Below, piece after piece: positions 38,455 to 48,683 of a DNA stretch of 64,000 bases. A program made the position numbers and the translations under genes. Position 1 is the stretch's first letter, and the number at the start of each line of letters is the position of its first letter. Location: the NCBI GenBank assembly GCA_963755125.1, contig CAVWIP010000006.1, positions 32,001 to 96,000 of the forward strand, in the 5' to 3' direction. The notes under the pieces are model-generated. The model worked only from the letters and a program-made list of their open reading frames with translations, was not told the origin of the DNA and searched no databases. The DNA is from an uncultured delta proteobacterium (GTDB taxonomy: Bacteria > Myxococcota_A > Polyangia > Fen-1088).

Positions 38455-40959
38455 CTAAAATCGTTCATCGGAGAACCGCCCAGAACTGCCGGCGCGGAAG
38501 AGCGGCGGCAGGGTGCCCCGCTTGAGTGGCATGAGCCGGCTGCCCGGCTTGTCCGGCGTGGCGGGCACGCCCTTCTCGGGGTCGGCGCGCACGAAAATGA
38601 CCCCGGGTGGCGGCTCGAAGTCGCGCACCGGGACCGAGCGCAGGGCCTCCTGCATGTACGAAAGCCAGATGGGCAGGGCCACCTGACCGCCGGTTGCGTC
38701 GTGGCCAATGGGCTTGAAGTCGTCGCGCCCAACCCAGACGCCGCAGAGCAACTCGGGCACGAAGCCGAAGAACCAGGCGTCGCGATAGTTGGTTGACGTC
38801 CCGGTCTTGCCCGCGGCTGGCCTGCCCAGCTCGCGCGCTTTCTTGCCCGTGCCGATCTCGATCGCGCCCTTCATTAGATCGGTGACCACATAGGCGGTCT
38901 CGGGCGACAGGCGGTCTTCACGCGGTTGTGGGGCGGTGTGATCTTCCAGAACCCGCCCGTCGGCGTCCACGATCTTCACGATGAACACGGGGCTGACCAG
39001 CTTGCCGCCAGCCGGGAACGCGGCGAGGCCGTACGCCACCTCTTGCAAGGTCAAATCAGGGGTTCCCAGCGCGAGCGACAGCGACTGAGGCAGCTTGGAG
39101 GTGATGCCCAGGCGGCGCATGACGTCGATGACGGAATCGACTCCGATCTGGGCGACGATCTGGGCCGAGACGGTGTTGATACTCTTGGCCAGAGCGGTAC
39201 GCAGGGTCACGGGTCCCAGGTAGTCGGGCTTGTAGTTGTGCGGCGCCCAGGTCCCGGAAGCGGTCTTGAACTTGACCGGCGCGTCCCATCTGATGGTGAG
39301 CGGAGTCAAGCCGTGGTCGATGGCGGCGGCGTAGACGAAGGGCTTGATGGCTGAACCGATCTGTCGGCGTGCCTGAGTGGCGCGGTTGAACTGGCTCTTG
39401 CCGTAGTCGTATCCCCCCACCATGGAAGTCAAGTAGCCATTGGACGGATCCAGGGCGATGAGCGCGCCCTGGACCGTGGGCGCGCTGGCCAGGTGGGCGA
39501 GAAACTCCTCGCGGCGACCGTGGCCGTTCCCGCTCTGGGTGCGAAGGTACACCGGCACAACGTCGCCGGCACCCAGGTGCTCGCCGTGCGGCCCGGCCCA
39601 GGCCAGGGCCTGGGATTCGCTGGCCGGGTCGAGCGGCGCGAGCAGACCCCCGGATGCGACCACGACCTTCTTGCCCACGCTGGTCACCACGGCTGCGTAG
39701 ACGGTGTCTGGATCGGTGTCGAATACGGGCGCATCGCGATCGTGAGCCGCGCGTCGGCGCTGAGCCCAGGCTTCGCCCGCGGCGCGCTTGGCCGCGGAGT
39801 CGGACAGGCGTGCGCCGGGAGTGGTGGCGTCCACGGTCGCGGCAGGCGGATCGGTCAGGGCCATGAGATAGGGGGACTGCTCGCCGTCCAGATTGAATCC
39901 CTCGGGTCCCACAGGACGCGGCTGGCCCGCGCCGAGCTGGCGCCGCTGGTCCACGTCCAGGTGGCCAATGGGTCCATCGAAAACCAGGCGCCGCTGTAGA
40001 TCCTCCAGACCGCGACGCAGGGCGGACTCGGCGGCCCGCTGCCGGCGCATGTCCAGCGTGGTGAAGATGCGGAAACCCCGGCGCAGAAGATCCTCGTCGC
40101 CATAGCGTTCGGCCACGTGCTTGCGCACCGTCTCGACGAAGTAGGGAGCGGCCACGTTGGTCATGGCACGGGTTTGCGCGACCAGCATCAGCGGCTCGCT
40201 GGCCGCAGTCTCGGCCTGTGCTGCGCTGATGAAGCCCAGCTCTAGCATCTGCTCGAGCACGTAGCGCTGGCGGCTGTGGGCGCGGTCGAAGTCTCGCAGG
40301 GGCGTGATGTTGCCGGGCGCCTTGGGCAGCGCCGCCAGCATGGCCGCCTCGGCCACGGTCAGCTCGGCCACGCTCTTGCCGAAGTAGGCGGTGGCCGCGG
40401 CCGCCAGCCCATAGGCGCCGTGACCGAGATAGACGTGGTTGAGATAGATGCCGAGGATCTGGTCTTTTCGGAGGCGTTTCTCGATGCGGAAGGCGAGCAG
40501 CGCCTCGCGCAGCTTGCGCGCCAGCGAGCGTTCCTGGCCGACAATGAGAATCTTGGCCACCTGTTGCGTGATGCTGGAGCCACCCTGCACCACCTGCCGG
40601 GCGCGCAGATTGGCCCAGGCCGCGCGCAGGACGCCCAGGTAGTCGACGCCGCCGTGCTTGTAGAAGCGCCCATCCTCGGCCGCGACGAAAGCTTTGCGAA
40701 CCAGATCAGGCACCTGCTCGATGGGCAAGAGCACGCGCTTCTCCACGAAGAACTCGCCGATGAGTTCGCCGTCCGCGCTCCAGATCTGGCTGGCGCGGAT
40801 GGGCTGGTAGTCGGTCACCGCGCTCAGGTTGGCAGGAAGGTCGGATTCAAACTCGCGGTACACCCAGTAGCCCAGGCCGACGCCCAGACACGCCGAGCCC
40901 AGCACCAGGCCGCCGACAATGCGCAAGCTGGAAAGCAGGACCGCGCGAAAGCGAGACAT
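38455..40959 (-). CDS. mrcA: Class A penicillin-binding protein 1A
   Basis: GT motifs EDGRFYKH.G, QGGSSITQQ, RKLRE, KDQIL.IYLN; TP motifs SAIK, SIN, KTG. Confidence 0.93.
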   Translation of the reverse strand: MSRFRAVLLSSLRIVGGLVLGSACLGVGLGYWVYREFESDLPANLSAVTDYQPIRASQIWSADGELIGEFFVEKRVLLPIEQVPDLVRKAFVAAEDGRFYKHGGVDYLGVLRAAWANLRARQVVQGGSSITQQVAKILIVGQERSLARKLREALLAFRIEKRLRKDQILGIYLNHVYLGHGAYGLAAAATAYFGKSVAELTVAEAAMLAALPKAPGNITPLRDFDRAHSRQRYVLEQMLELGFISAAQAETAASEPLMLVAQTRAMTNVAAPYFVETVRKHVAERYGDEDLLRRGFRIFTTLDMRRQRAAESALRRGLEDLQRRLVFDGPIGHLDVDQRRQLGAGQPRPVGPEGFNLDGEQSPYLMALTDPPAATVDATTPGARLSDSAAKRAAGEAWAQRRRAAHDRDAPVFDTDPDTVYAAVVTSVGKKVVVASGGLLAPLDPASESQALAWAGPHGEHLGAGDVVPVYLRTQSGNGHGRREEFLAHLASAPTVQGALIALDPSNGYLTSMVGGYDYGKSQFNRATQARRQIGSAIKPFVYAAAIDHGLTPLTIRWDAPVKFKTASGTWAPHNYKPDYLGPVTLRTALAKSINTVSAQIVAQIGVDSVIDVMRRLGITSKLPQSLSLALGTPDLTLQEVAYGLAAFPAGGKLVSPVFIVKIVDADGRVLEDHTAPQPREDRLSPETAYVVTDLMKGAIEIGTGKKARELGRPAAGKTGTSTNYRDAWFFGFVPELLCGVWVGRDDFKPIGHDATGGQVALPIWLSYMQEALRSVPVRDFEPPPGVIFVRADPEKGVPATPDKPGSRLMPLKRGTLPPLFRAGSSGRFSDERF

Positions 40960-41025
40960 CGGTTTCTTTCTCTCTGGTTCATATGAGGCGGTGGGGCGTA
41001 GCCGTCAACATTTCGTCAAATACCT

Positions 41026-41041
41026 GGGATTCGGAGTAGGG
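41026..41041 (+). repeat. GGGATTCGGAG-family arm (left boundary of accessory block 2)
   Basis: CTGGGATTCGGAGTAGGG versus CTGGGATTCGGAGCAGGG at 48569-48586. Confidence 0.65.
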
Positions 41042-41247
41042 GCCCAGTGCCTAGTCGTCGGCCACAATCCCTGTCGGACGGCGGCTTGCGCGTGTACAAT
41101 GCCTGATGCCGGCTGCGCGTTCTCGCGCCGTCCGCGCTGCGGGAATGTACAGCGACAATCGATTTCGACGGATTCGCGAGAGATGGGCGAAACCCGTGCG
41201 CCGCTTCGCGCTGGTTGTGCTGGATCTCCGTCAGGAAAGGGAAGCCC

Positions 41248-43425
41248 ATGTCAAATGACCATTGCAGATTCGTGACGGTGGCGGGCCTTGCTTCGTTTCT
41301 CATTTTTGCCCCGGCCTGCGTCCACAGCGACCGGCCGCACGGCGCCACCGATGCCGCGCAGGCAAACGGCGATGTGGGAATGACAGACGTGCCCATCCCC
41401 ACTGGCAACGATGCCGGCCCTGACGCCGCTCAGGACGCCGCGCTCTCGCCGACCGGGACCGGCACCGCCACCGGAACAGGAACCGGATCCTATATGTTCC
41501 CCTCGGGCCCCACCTACAACACCCAGGGCGGATCCCGCACGCTCTCGCGGACGATTCCCTGGGCTCCAGGCATTGCTGGCGGAGTGCCGAACCTGACGAC
41601 CATCTGCAAGACCCTTTCGCCCACTGGCAAGGCTGATGACGGACCCATCAACGCGGCTCTCGCCAGTTGTGCCGACAACCAGGTCGTGAAGTTGAATCCG
41701 GGAACGTACAACATCACGAATGCCGTCTCCTGGCAAAAGAGCAATGTGGTGTTACGCGGCAGTGGAGGGCCCGGGGCCGATTCAACGACGCAGACCAAGC
41801 TCATGGGAGACCCTTCCCTGTATGGCCCGGTGGTCAACATCGGCCTGAACCTTTTCCCCCATCCGGTCGGAACCTCAGTCAATTTCACCGCCGATGGGAT
41901 TCAGGGCACGACCTCGGTGGCTGTCAGTAGCACCGCGGGCTTTAATGTGGGCGACCTCGTGCTCATCGACATGCTGGTGGATCCGGCGGACGACACAGGA
42001 GCCTGGATCCTGACCGGTCCCTCCGGTGGGACCGGCCTGGTCTACCCCTATGCGGAATACAACCCGACGAAGTCTCCCCAGGGAGATGCTTCCCGCGGAT
42101 GGTTCAGTCGCACGAACCGCCCCGTGTCCCAGATCATGGAGATTCAATCCATCACCGGCAATACCTTGAGCTTCTCGGCGCCGTTCCACATGACCTTCGA
42201 CGTGGCGCATTTGGCGCAGATGACTCAATTCGATGTGCAACCTCTCACCAACGCCGGCCTGGAAGATGTCTATGTGGCCGGTGCGCCTGCCCCGGGTGGG
42301 CAAGTGCAGTACAACAACATCACTCTCAATCTCGCCAAGTACTCTTGGGTGAGGAATGTCGAATCCGACCAGTCCAACGGCTACAGTATCGGGATCGATC
42401 AGGCGTTTCGATGCATCGTGCGCGACTCCTACGTGCACAGCACGATCAATCCGACTCCCGGCGGCGCGGGATACGGGATCGAGTTCTCCTTTGGCTCGGC
42501 CGACAACCTGGTCGAAAACAACATCTCGTGGAATTTCGACAAGGTCATGGTCATGCGCGTCTCGGGCGGCGGAAACGTCATGGCCTACAACTATATGGAC
42601 GACGGCTGGATCGCCTACCAGCCAGATTGGGTGGAATCTGGGATCAACGCGGCCCACATGACCACACCGCACTTCGAATTGTTCGAGGGCAATCTCAGCT
42701 TCGCGCTGGGCACGGACCCCACCTGGGGCGGCTCCATCTTCATCACCTGGCTGCGCAACCTTGCCACCACTCATCGATCGGCTTGGCCACCTCTCAACAC
42801 TTATACCTTCAATGGAGATACCCAGACCACGGGCTGCACTTCATCCGGAGCAGGTGACTTTACCTGCATCCCCTATGCCGACGTCGGAAATCGGGCCGGG
42901 GCTCAGGCGGACTATGGAGACGTGTTCTTCAACTACGTTGGCAACGTGCTCGGATCCATTGGAATGCCCACGGCTCCACAGACCCATGGATTCGCCTATG
43001 AGAACTCCGCCCCAGACTGGGTTGAGGATCCCGTGCCCATGTGGATGATAGGTTCTGGTGATGGCTCCGCCGCGGATCAAGGGGTCGTGAATACCGTCTT
43101 CCGCGATGGCAACTACGACTACGCTACCAAGGGCGTCCACTGGAACGCCGGGGTGCAAACCATCCCGAGTTCGCTCTACCTGAGCGGCAAGCCAGCCTTT
43201 TTCGGGAGCTATAGTTGGCCGTGGGTTGACGGAAGCAACGCGGCCAGTCCGTACGTCACGCATGCCTTCGCTTACTACCCACTCTCGACGAACCTGGGGA
43301 CGTTTGGCACGACTGGCTCACTCACGACGTACTCGGGCTACCAGTTGCCCGCATTCGTTCGCTTCCTGCAACTGCAAAAGATCGAACCGCCAACCACGCT
43401 GATGACCACCGGCGTGGCGCCATGA
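41248..43425 (+). CDS. Lipoprotein with right-handed parallel beta-helix (pectin-lyase-fold) domain
   Basis: Lipobox-like APAC, Thr/Gly linker, INAALASC..QVVKL.PGTY, VVLRGSG, DNLVENNI, GGGNV.AYNY, GNYD, IP.SLY..KP; AGGAAAGGG RBS. Confidence 0.8.
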   Translation: MSNDHCRFVTVAGLASFLIFAPACVHSDRPHGATDAAQANGDVGMTDVPIPTGNDAGPDAAQDAALSPTGTGTATGTGTGSYMFPSGPTYNTQGGSRTLSRTIPWAPGIAGGVPNLTTICKTLSPTGKADDGPINAALASCADNQVVKLNPGTYNITNAVSWQKSNVVLRGSGGPGADSTTQTKLMGDPSLYGPVVNIGLNLFPHPVGTSVNFTADGIQGTTSVAVSSTAGFNVGDLVLIDMLVDPADDTGAWILTGPSGGTGLVYPYAEYNPTKSPQGDASRGWFSRTNRPVSQIMEIQSITGNTLSFSAPFHMTFDVAHLAQMTQFDVQPLTNAGLEDVYVAGAPAPGGQVQYNNITLNLAKYSWVRNVESDQSNGYSIGIDQAFRCIVRDSYVHSTINPTPGGAGYGIEFSFGSADNLVENNISWNFDKVMVMRVSGGGNVMAYNYMDDGWIAYQPDWVESGINAAHMTTPHFELFEGNLSFALGTDPTWGGSIFITWLRNLATTHRSAWPPLNTYTFNGDTQTTGCTSSGAGDFTCIPYADVGNRAGAQADYGDVFFNYVGNVLGSIGMPTAPQTHGFAYENSAPDWVEDPVPMWMIGSGDGSAADQGVVNTVFRDGNYDYATKGVHWNAGVQTIPSSLYLSGKPAFFGSYSWPWVDGSNAASPYVTHAFAYYPLSTNLGTFGTTGSLTTYSGYQLPAFVRFLQLQKIEPPTTLMTTGVAP

Positions 43426-43451
43426 ACGTTTGTCTTTGGGGAGATCTAGAT

Positions 43452-45542
43452 ATGACCCTCATCCCTCCGCACTCGATTCGCCTCATTGTACTGGCAGGCC
43501 TCTCACTGGCCATGGCTCTGGGCGCATGCTCTGGGAAAAGTGCTTCGGGAGCGGGGAACGGCGGCAGTCCGGGAGGTGGCGGACTGTCCGTGGGCGGGGG
43601 TGCCACGAGCGCCGGGGGCGTGGTTGCGACAGTCGGCAGCCAAGACACGACCGCTGGCGGCTCCACCGCCACTGGTGGATCGAGAGCAAGCGGTGGCACG
43701 CCGGCGTCCGGCGGAAGAACAGCAAGAGGTGGGAGCACGGCCATCGGAGGAGCGACTGGCGGCAGCAAGGCCGCCGGGGGGACAACAGGCGGGACCACGA
43801 CCAGTTCCGGGGGGGCGGGAGCGACCGGTGGAGCCAGTTCAGGTGGCAGTACCGCCATTGGCGGGGCACAAAACTGTGACGGCGCCTCGTGTAACACAGC
43901 GCCTTCCGGCTTGTTCGATCCGAATCTCACGACGACCTGGAATCCCGGCATTTTGACGGATAGTCAGCTTCAACTTGCCCTTGGAAGCGACGGGATCCCG
44001 GTAAGAACTACCGTGTGCGCCGATCCCCAGCCCGGAGACAATATCAATACCGCGATTAGCGGCTGCCCGGAGGGACAAGTGGTTCAGTTGGCGGCAGGGA
44101 CGTATACCATCTCCTCCACCGTCACCCTGAGCAAGGGCGTGGTATTGCGCGGCGCCGGCTCGCAAGGGGCCACGTCGGGCGGAACCACGATTGTCAAGAC
44201 CGGCGGGGGCTCCGTACTCGCGATTGGAACTAGCCAAGACCAGGCTTGCTACAACAGCGCTTTCGGCACGGCCGTGGCACTGACCCAAGATGCGGTGAAG
44301 GAAACCACCACCGTCTACGTCGGCAACAACGCCAGCGGCTTTTTTCCGGGCGATCTGGCCATCATCGATCAGGTGGACGACGCCACCGTGCAGGAGGGTG
44401 ATTGCACATTCTTCAAGCGAGTCGACAAGCGCTCCATCAGCGAGCGGGTGGAAGTGGCTGCCGTCAATACGACGAACGGCACCCTGACTTTGACCACGCC
44501 TTTGCATTGGACCTTTCAGTCCGCAAGCCCCTACCTTGCACAGATCGCCCGGATGACCCAGAAGGCCACCAAGTGGGCAGGGATCGAAGGGGTGTTGCTC
44601 CAGGGCGGCACCAACCCCGGCTACGACGGTCAAATGGCGGGCGGCATCGACGTGTCGAATGCCGCTTATTGTTGGATAAGGGACGTGCAGACCGACGGCA
44701 CGATTGGTGGAATTCACGTCGCCTTGACCGGAACGTATCGGTGCGTGGTGCGCGATAGTCATGTTCACAACTCGGCAAACTACGGCTTCGGAACGGATTG
44801 CTACGGAATTGTGATGCGGTGTGGGGCGGCCGACAATCTCGTCGAGAACAACATCGCCCGCTACATGAACAAGCCGATTCAGTTCTCCGTATCGGGGGGA
44901 GGAAATGTCGTCGGCTACAATTATGCTGACAATTCCTGGGCGACTCCTCCGGCGTGGCAGGAGGACAACCTGGATACGCACTGCTCGTTTCCGCACATGG
45001 AACTCATGGAAGGGAACTATGCGCCTCACATGAAGGCGTCGACCACGCACGGCAACTCAGGGTACTTGACGTACTTCAGGAACTACGCTTCGAGCCAATT
45101 TGCCCCGCCCGCCGTCTATGGTTCCACCGCCATGCAAACCGGCAACGTCCTCGCGGTCGGGTTCGATGCAGGGGATATCAATATGACCGTCGTGGGTAAT
45201 GTGCTGGGAAGCTCGGCGGCAACCGATCTCGGAACGGCTGCAATCAGCAGTACGTACATGTGTTTCGGTTCCGGTGGGTCCTGCGTCTACTACTTCGGGA
45301 GCAGCAGCAAGTCCGACGTCTCGTACACAAGTCTGTGGGCCCACGGCAATTACGATACGGTCAGCGCAGGGGTGGTTTGGAATCCTTCGATTGCGACCCA
45401 CGAGATTCCCGCATCATTGTATCGATCCACGAAGCCCGGGTGGTGGCCAGCGGACAGCGCCTGGCCCTGGGCCGGCTCGGACCTGACTCCAATGGTCGGC
45501 TCACTGCCGGCCAAGACTCGTTCCGATTTGCTCGGGCCGTAG
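43452..45542 (+). CDS. Paralogous beta-helix lipoprotein with long Gly/Thr/Ser linker
   Basis: Lipobox LGAC; GG-rich linker; same motif series as 41248-43425 (CPEGQVVQLAAGTY, DNLVENNI, GGGNVVGYNY, GNYD, IPASLY..KP.WW..WPW). Confidence 0.8.
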   Translation: MTLIPPHSIRLIVLAGLSLAMALGACSGKSASGAGNGGSPGGGGLSVGGGATSAGGVVATVGSQDTTAGGSTATGGSRASGGTPASGGRTARGGSTAIGGATGGSKAAGGTTGGTTTSSGGAGATGGASSGGSTAIGGAQNCDGASCNTAPSGLFDPNLTTTWNPGILTDSQLQLALGSDGIPVRTTVCADPQPGDNINTAISGCPEGQVVQLAAGTYTISSTVTLSKGVVLRGAGSQGATSGGTTIVKTGGGSVLAIGTSQDQACYNSAFGTAVALTQDAVKETTTVYVGNNASGFFPGDLAIIDQVDDATVQEGDCTFFKRVDKRSISERVEVAAVNTTNGTLTLTTPLHWTFQSASPYLAQIARMTQKATKWAGIEGVLLQGGTNPGYDGQMAGGIDVSNAAYCWIRDVQTDGTIGGIHVALTGTYRCVVRDSHVHNSANYGFGTDCYGIVMRCGAADNLVENNIARYMNKPIQFSVSGGGNVVGYNYADNSWATPPAWQEDNLDTHCSFPHMELMEGNYAPHMKASTTHGNSGYLTYFRNYASSQFAPPAVYGSTAMQTGNVLAVGFDAGDINMTVVGNVLGSSAATDLGTAAISSTYMCFGSGGSCVYYFGSSSKSDVSYTSLWAHGNYDTVSAGVVWNPSIATHEIPASLYRSTKPGWWPADSAWPWAGSDLTPMVGSLPAKTRSDLLGP

Positions 45543-45565
45543 CTGGTTCAGGTCGCTTGAGGCGC

Positions 45566-45652
45566 ATCGCCCGGCCGCAAGCGGCCCCTGCGCACGCGCT
45601 GCTCGACCGGATCGTCGCCGTCCTGTGGCGGCCGACCCACCCGAAACGCTGA
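45566..45652 (+). pseudogene. Second 5'-truncated four-helix-bundle gene remnant
   Basis: IARPQAAPAHALLDRIVAVLWRPTHPKR*. DNA similarity to the reverse complement of 7424-7537 continues about 25 nt past the stop (TGAGATCCA.CCTG....G..CCGTTAC). Confidence 0.65.
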
Positions 45653-45711
45653 GATCCACCCTGGCAGGGTGCCGTTACGCAGCCGGTCTGCCGCCCCGCC
45701 ACCGCTCCGGT

Positions 45712-45729
45712 CTCCTCTTCCGAATCTCA
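45712..45729 (-). repeat. Degenerate GGGATTCGGAG-family arm (right boundary of accessory block 2)
   Basis: Minus strand TGAGATTCGGAAGAGGAG; same position relative to the remnant as the 7393 arm. Confidence 0.5.
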
Positions 45730-45782
45730 TCCAATGCACGTGGAAAATTTGCGCTGCGACGGGAAGCTCCGAGTATTGGCGT

Positions 45783-47579
45783 ATGGGCTGGTTTTCTGGC
45801 CGCATACCCATGTGGTGCGCGGCAACTTTCGCTCTCATCGTCTTCACGTCGGGCGTGGCGCTGGCCACGCAAGAAGAGTCGGCCGTTGCGCGCGAGACCT
45901 TTGTGGTCGAGCCGTTCAAGAACAGCAGCGACTTTCGCGCTCTCGACCACCTGCAGGCGGGATTGCCGGCCCTGGTGGCCGAGCGTCTGGGCCATTTGGC
46001 GCCTCTCAAGTTCGTGGGCGGCGAGACCCTGTTCGGTCACGCAGCAACGGTCACCCCGCGCTGGACGGTGAGTGGCGAATTCGCGCGGCGAGCAGACTGG
46101 AAGATCGCGGTCACGGTTCGTATCAAGGGATCGGGCCGCCCATTCGCGTCTGCGGAAGCGACCCGCGTCGCGGGTACGGACGCCGCCGCAGTCGCGGTCG
46201 AGGCGGCGCTGGCGGCTTTTCGCAAGCTGCTCGGGGATCGGGCGCCGGCGGCCAAGGCTTCGCTCAGTCAGCGCTTCGCTCGCGATCCCTATGCCTTCGT
46301 GCTCTACGGCCGGGGCGTGGCGACCTACCTGGGCTTGGCCGGTCGGCACCGCAGTCAGGACGAGGCCATCAAGATCCTGGGCCGCTCGCTGGTCATCGAT
46401 CCCAAGGTTCCCGAGACCCGCCGTTTTCTCGGCGCCATTCACCTGGAGAACGGTCGGCCCGGCCATGCGCGCGCCATGTGGTCAGTGGCGGTCGAGGCGC
46501 GACCAGACTATCTGGCTGCCCTGGCAGGACTGGCGGCGCTGGACCGCAGCGAGGGATCGGCCGCCGCGCGCGATCGCTATGCGCGCCTGGTGGAACTGGA
46601 TCCGGGGGATTTGGACGTGCGCCGGGCCTATGGCGAGGTGTTGGCCGAGGCCGGCCAGCTAGCGCAAGCCCAGGCCGAGCTGAACCGGGTCTTGCAAGCG
46701 TCGCCCGACGATGTGCGCGCGCGCCGAGCCCTGGCCCTGGTGCTGGCTTCGCGGCGGGCTGGCCCGGAGTTGGTGGGGGATCTGGAAGAGGTCGTGCGCT
46801 TGCAGCCAGACAGCGTGGATGCGCGCATGGATCTGGGCGCGGCCTACCTGGGTGTGGGCAAGCGTAGCGAGGCTGAGGCGGTGTACGACGAGGTTCTGCG
46901 CCGCCGTCCGCGCAGCGCGGCCGCTCTGAAGTTGTGCGGCGATCTGGCACGCGCCCGCGGCGATTTGAAGAAGGCCACTTCGCTTTTCGGCAGGCTGCGC
47001 TGGATTGCACCCAATGATCCCAGGCCGGCGTTCTTGCTGGGGACCTCATTCTACCAGGCGGGAAACCTGAATGCGGCCGAGCGCTGGTTCATCGAGGCCG
47101 CGAAGGTCCCGGGCATGCTGGGCGAGGCCTACGGAAATCTTGGCGTGATCGCCTTGCTCCGGGGCCAGCCCAAGGAGGCGCAGTGGTTCTTGAATCGCGC
47201 GGCCAAGCGACGGCCGCAGCGGGCCCTGCTGCGATACAACTACGCGCTGGCGCTCTACACCAACAACCGGCCCGAGGACGCGCTCAACCAGTTGCACGTC
47301 GCCCAGGCTCTCGAGCCGAATGACGCCGCCACGCAGTTCTTCACCGGCGTGGTGGCGCTGCGGGTTGGCCTGCTGCCCGAGGCCGAGCGCTGTTTCCGCG
47401 AGGCCCTGCGTCTGGATCCACAGAACGAGGATGCACGCCACAACCTGGCCCTGCTGGAACCGCTGGTGCGGCCGACGCGAGAGGAGCGGCTCTCACTGGG
47501 CGAGTCGGCGATGGCGCCACCGCCGCGCGTGGAGATCGAAAAGGGGCCGTGGAGGTCTAGCGATCGCAGCGAACCGTGA
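45783..47579 (+). CDS. Exported tetratricopeptide-repeat protein
   Basis: Signal peptide and many TPR units (A...LG..Y...G...A...Y...L...P). Start 45783 or 45810. Confidence 0.88.
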   Translation: MGWFSGRIPMWCAATFALIVFTSGVALATQEESAVARETFVVEPFKNSSDFRALDHLQAGLPALVAERLGHLAPLKFVGGETLFGHAATVTPRWTVSGEFARRADWKIAVTVRIKGSGRPFASAEATRVAGTDAAAVAVEAALAAFRKLLGDRAPAAKASLSQRFARDPYAFVLYGRGVATYLGLAGRHRSQDEAIKILGRSLVIDPKVPETRRFLGAIHLENGRPGHARAMWSVAVEARPDYLAALAGLAALDRSEGSAAARDRYARLVELDPGDLDVRRAYGEVLAEAGQLAQAQAELNRVLQASPDDVRARRALALVLASRRAGPELVGDLEEVVRLQPDSVDARMDLGAAYLGVGKRSEAEAVYDEVLRRRPRSAAALKLCGDLARARGDLKKATSLFGRLRWIAPNDPRPAFLLGTSFYQAGNLNAAERWFIEAAKVPGMLGEAYGNLGVIALLRGQPKEAQWFLNRAAKRRPQRALLRYNYALALYTNNRPEDALNQLHVAQALEPNDAATQFFTGVVALRVGLLPEAERCFREALRLDPQNEDARHNLALLEPLVRPTREERLSLGESAMAPPPRVEIEKGPWRSSDRSEP

Positions 47580-48498
47580 GGGACCAGCCCTCGTAGAAGT
47601 ACACTTGGCGTAGCGTGCCGAGATCGCCGCAGGAGCGCTTGTCGAGGCCGGCCAGCACGCACACCTCGTGCGGGCCGGCGTGGGTGCGCACCGAGGTTCG
47701 TTTGTAGCCGGGCAGCGCCCCGTAGGATCGGCCGTCGATTTGCAACTGCGACGGCCGGGCGCAGTGCGAGTTGTCGATCTCGATCCACACCGCGGGCGCG
47801 TTCGTGGGGCCCGTTGTCTTGGGCGGCGTGCGCACGGTCCGGCTGGGATCCGCGGTACCAGCGGCCTCGGGGTCGGCCGCAGAATCGTCGAGAGTCCAGG
47901 CGGCCGGGTTGGAAGGGTCCGTGGGGACCGCGTTGTTCGCGCCTGGAGCCGGGCTGCCGCCCGTGCCGGCGCCCGGCAGATCGCACCCGGCGTGGCGAAG
48001 CTCGGCGCCCAGTTGCACGTAGAAAGCGACGCGCATTTCCTGCAGGTCGCGCAGCATGTCCTGGTGGATCTGGCTCGCCTTCTTGACCTTGAGGCGATAG
48101 TCAGGCGTCAACCCGGATGCGTCGCCCAGTTCGTCGGCGCGGCGAATCTCGCGGAAGCGTGACTCCATCTCCCGCCCGGATGCCAGGTAGCGGCTTCCGG
48201 CGGCTAACGCCCGTCCGTAGAGAGCAGGGGCTGCCGGCGGACAGGTTCTGGCAGGGTGATTCTCGCGCGGGCCAGTGGGCCTCGTCAGTTCGGCCAAAGT
48301 GCTGTGGACCGCAGTGGAGAATTCGTTGCGAACCTGATCCATCTCCGCCTGCAGAGCCAGGAAACGATCCACGGTCCGGCGCAGGACCGTGACGTCGCCG
48401 AACACCGGATCGATGCGCGGATTCACCGCGGTCCGGAAGGGCGTTGTGGTGGACACCTGTGCCGCAGTCGCCAGAACCAGCCAGAGTGGAAACAACAT
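47557..48498 (-). CDS. Hypothetical exported protein
   Basis: Short signal-like N-terminus, helical region, Pro-rich linker, Cys-containing beta C-domain; its 3' end overlaps the TPR gene. Confidence 0.7.
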   Translation of the reverse strand: MLFPLWLVLATAAQVSTTTPFRTAVNPRIDPVFGDVTVLRRTVDRFLALQAEMDQVRNEFSTAVHSTLAELTRPTGPRENHPARTCPPAAPALYGRALAAGSRYLASGREMESRFREIRRADELGDASGLTPDYRLKVKKASQIHQDMLRDLQEMRVAFYVQLGAELRHAGCDLPGAGTGGSPAPGANNAVPTDPSNPAAWTLDDSAADPEAAGTADPSRTVRTPPKTTGPTNAPAVWIEIDNSHCARPSQLQIDGRSYGALPGYKRTSVRTHAGPHEVCVLAGLDKRSCGDLGTLRQVYFYEGWSLTVRCDR

Positions 48499-48568
48499 AT
48501 ATCCTCGACTCTTCTCTCGTGCAGTGACCGCGCAATTATGGTGCCGCTGCGAGCGGACCAGCAAGAAA

Positions 48569-48630
48569 CTGGGATTCGGAGCAGGGAGGCCGCGCCGCGG
48601 TCGCCCTCACACCCTTGCTCCGAATCCCAG
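48569..48630. mobile_element. 62-bp MITE-like hairpin with terminal inverted repeats and possible target-site duplication
   Basis: CTGGGATTCGGAGCA...TGCTCCGAATCCCAG (15-bp perfect IR) flanked by GCAAGAAA / CCAAGAAA. Confidence 0.55.
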
Positions 48631-48683
48631 CCAAGAAATTGGTGGCTCGGGCGCCGGGCCGCCGCTATCTTCACCTCTTGCCC

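Noticed and set aside
41026..41070. Local hairpin GGGATT...AATCCC as a self-contained element
   Set aside because: Only 6 bp pair. It is kept as a caveat that the 41026 arm may not be functionally paired with the 45712 arm.
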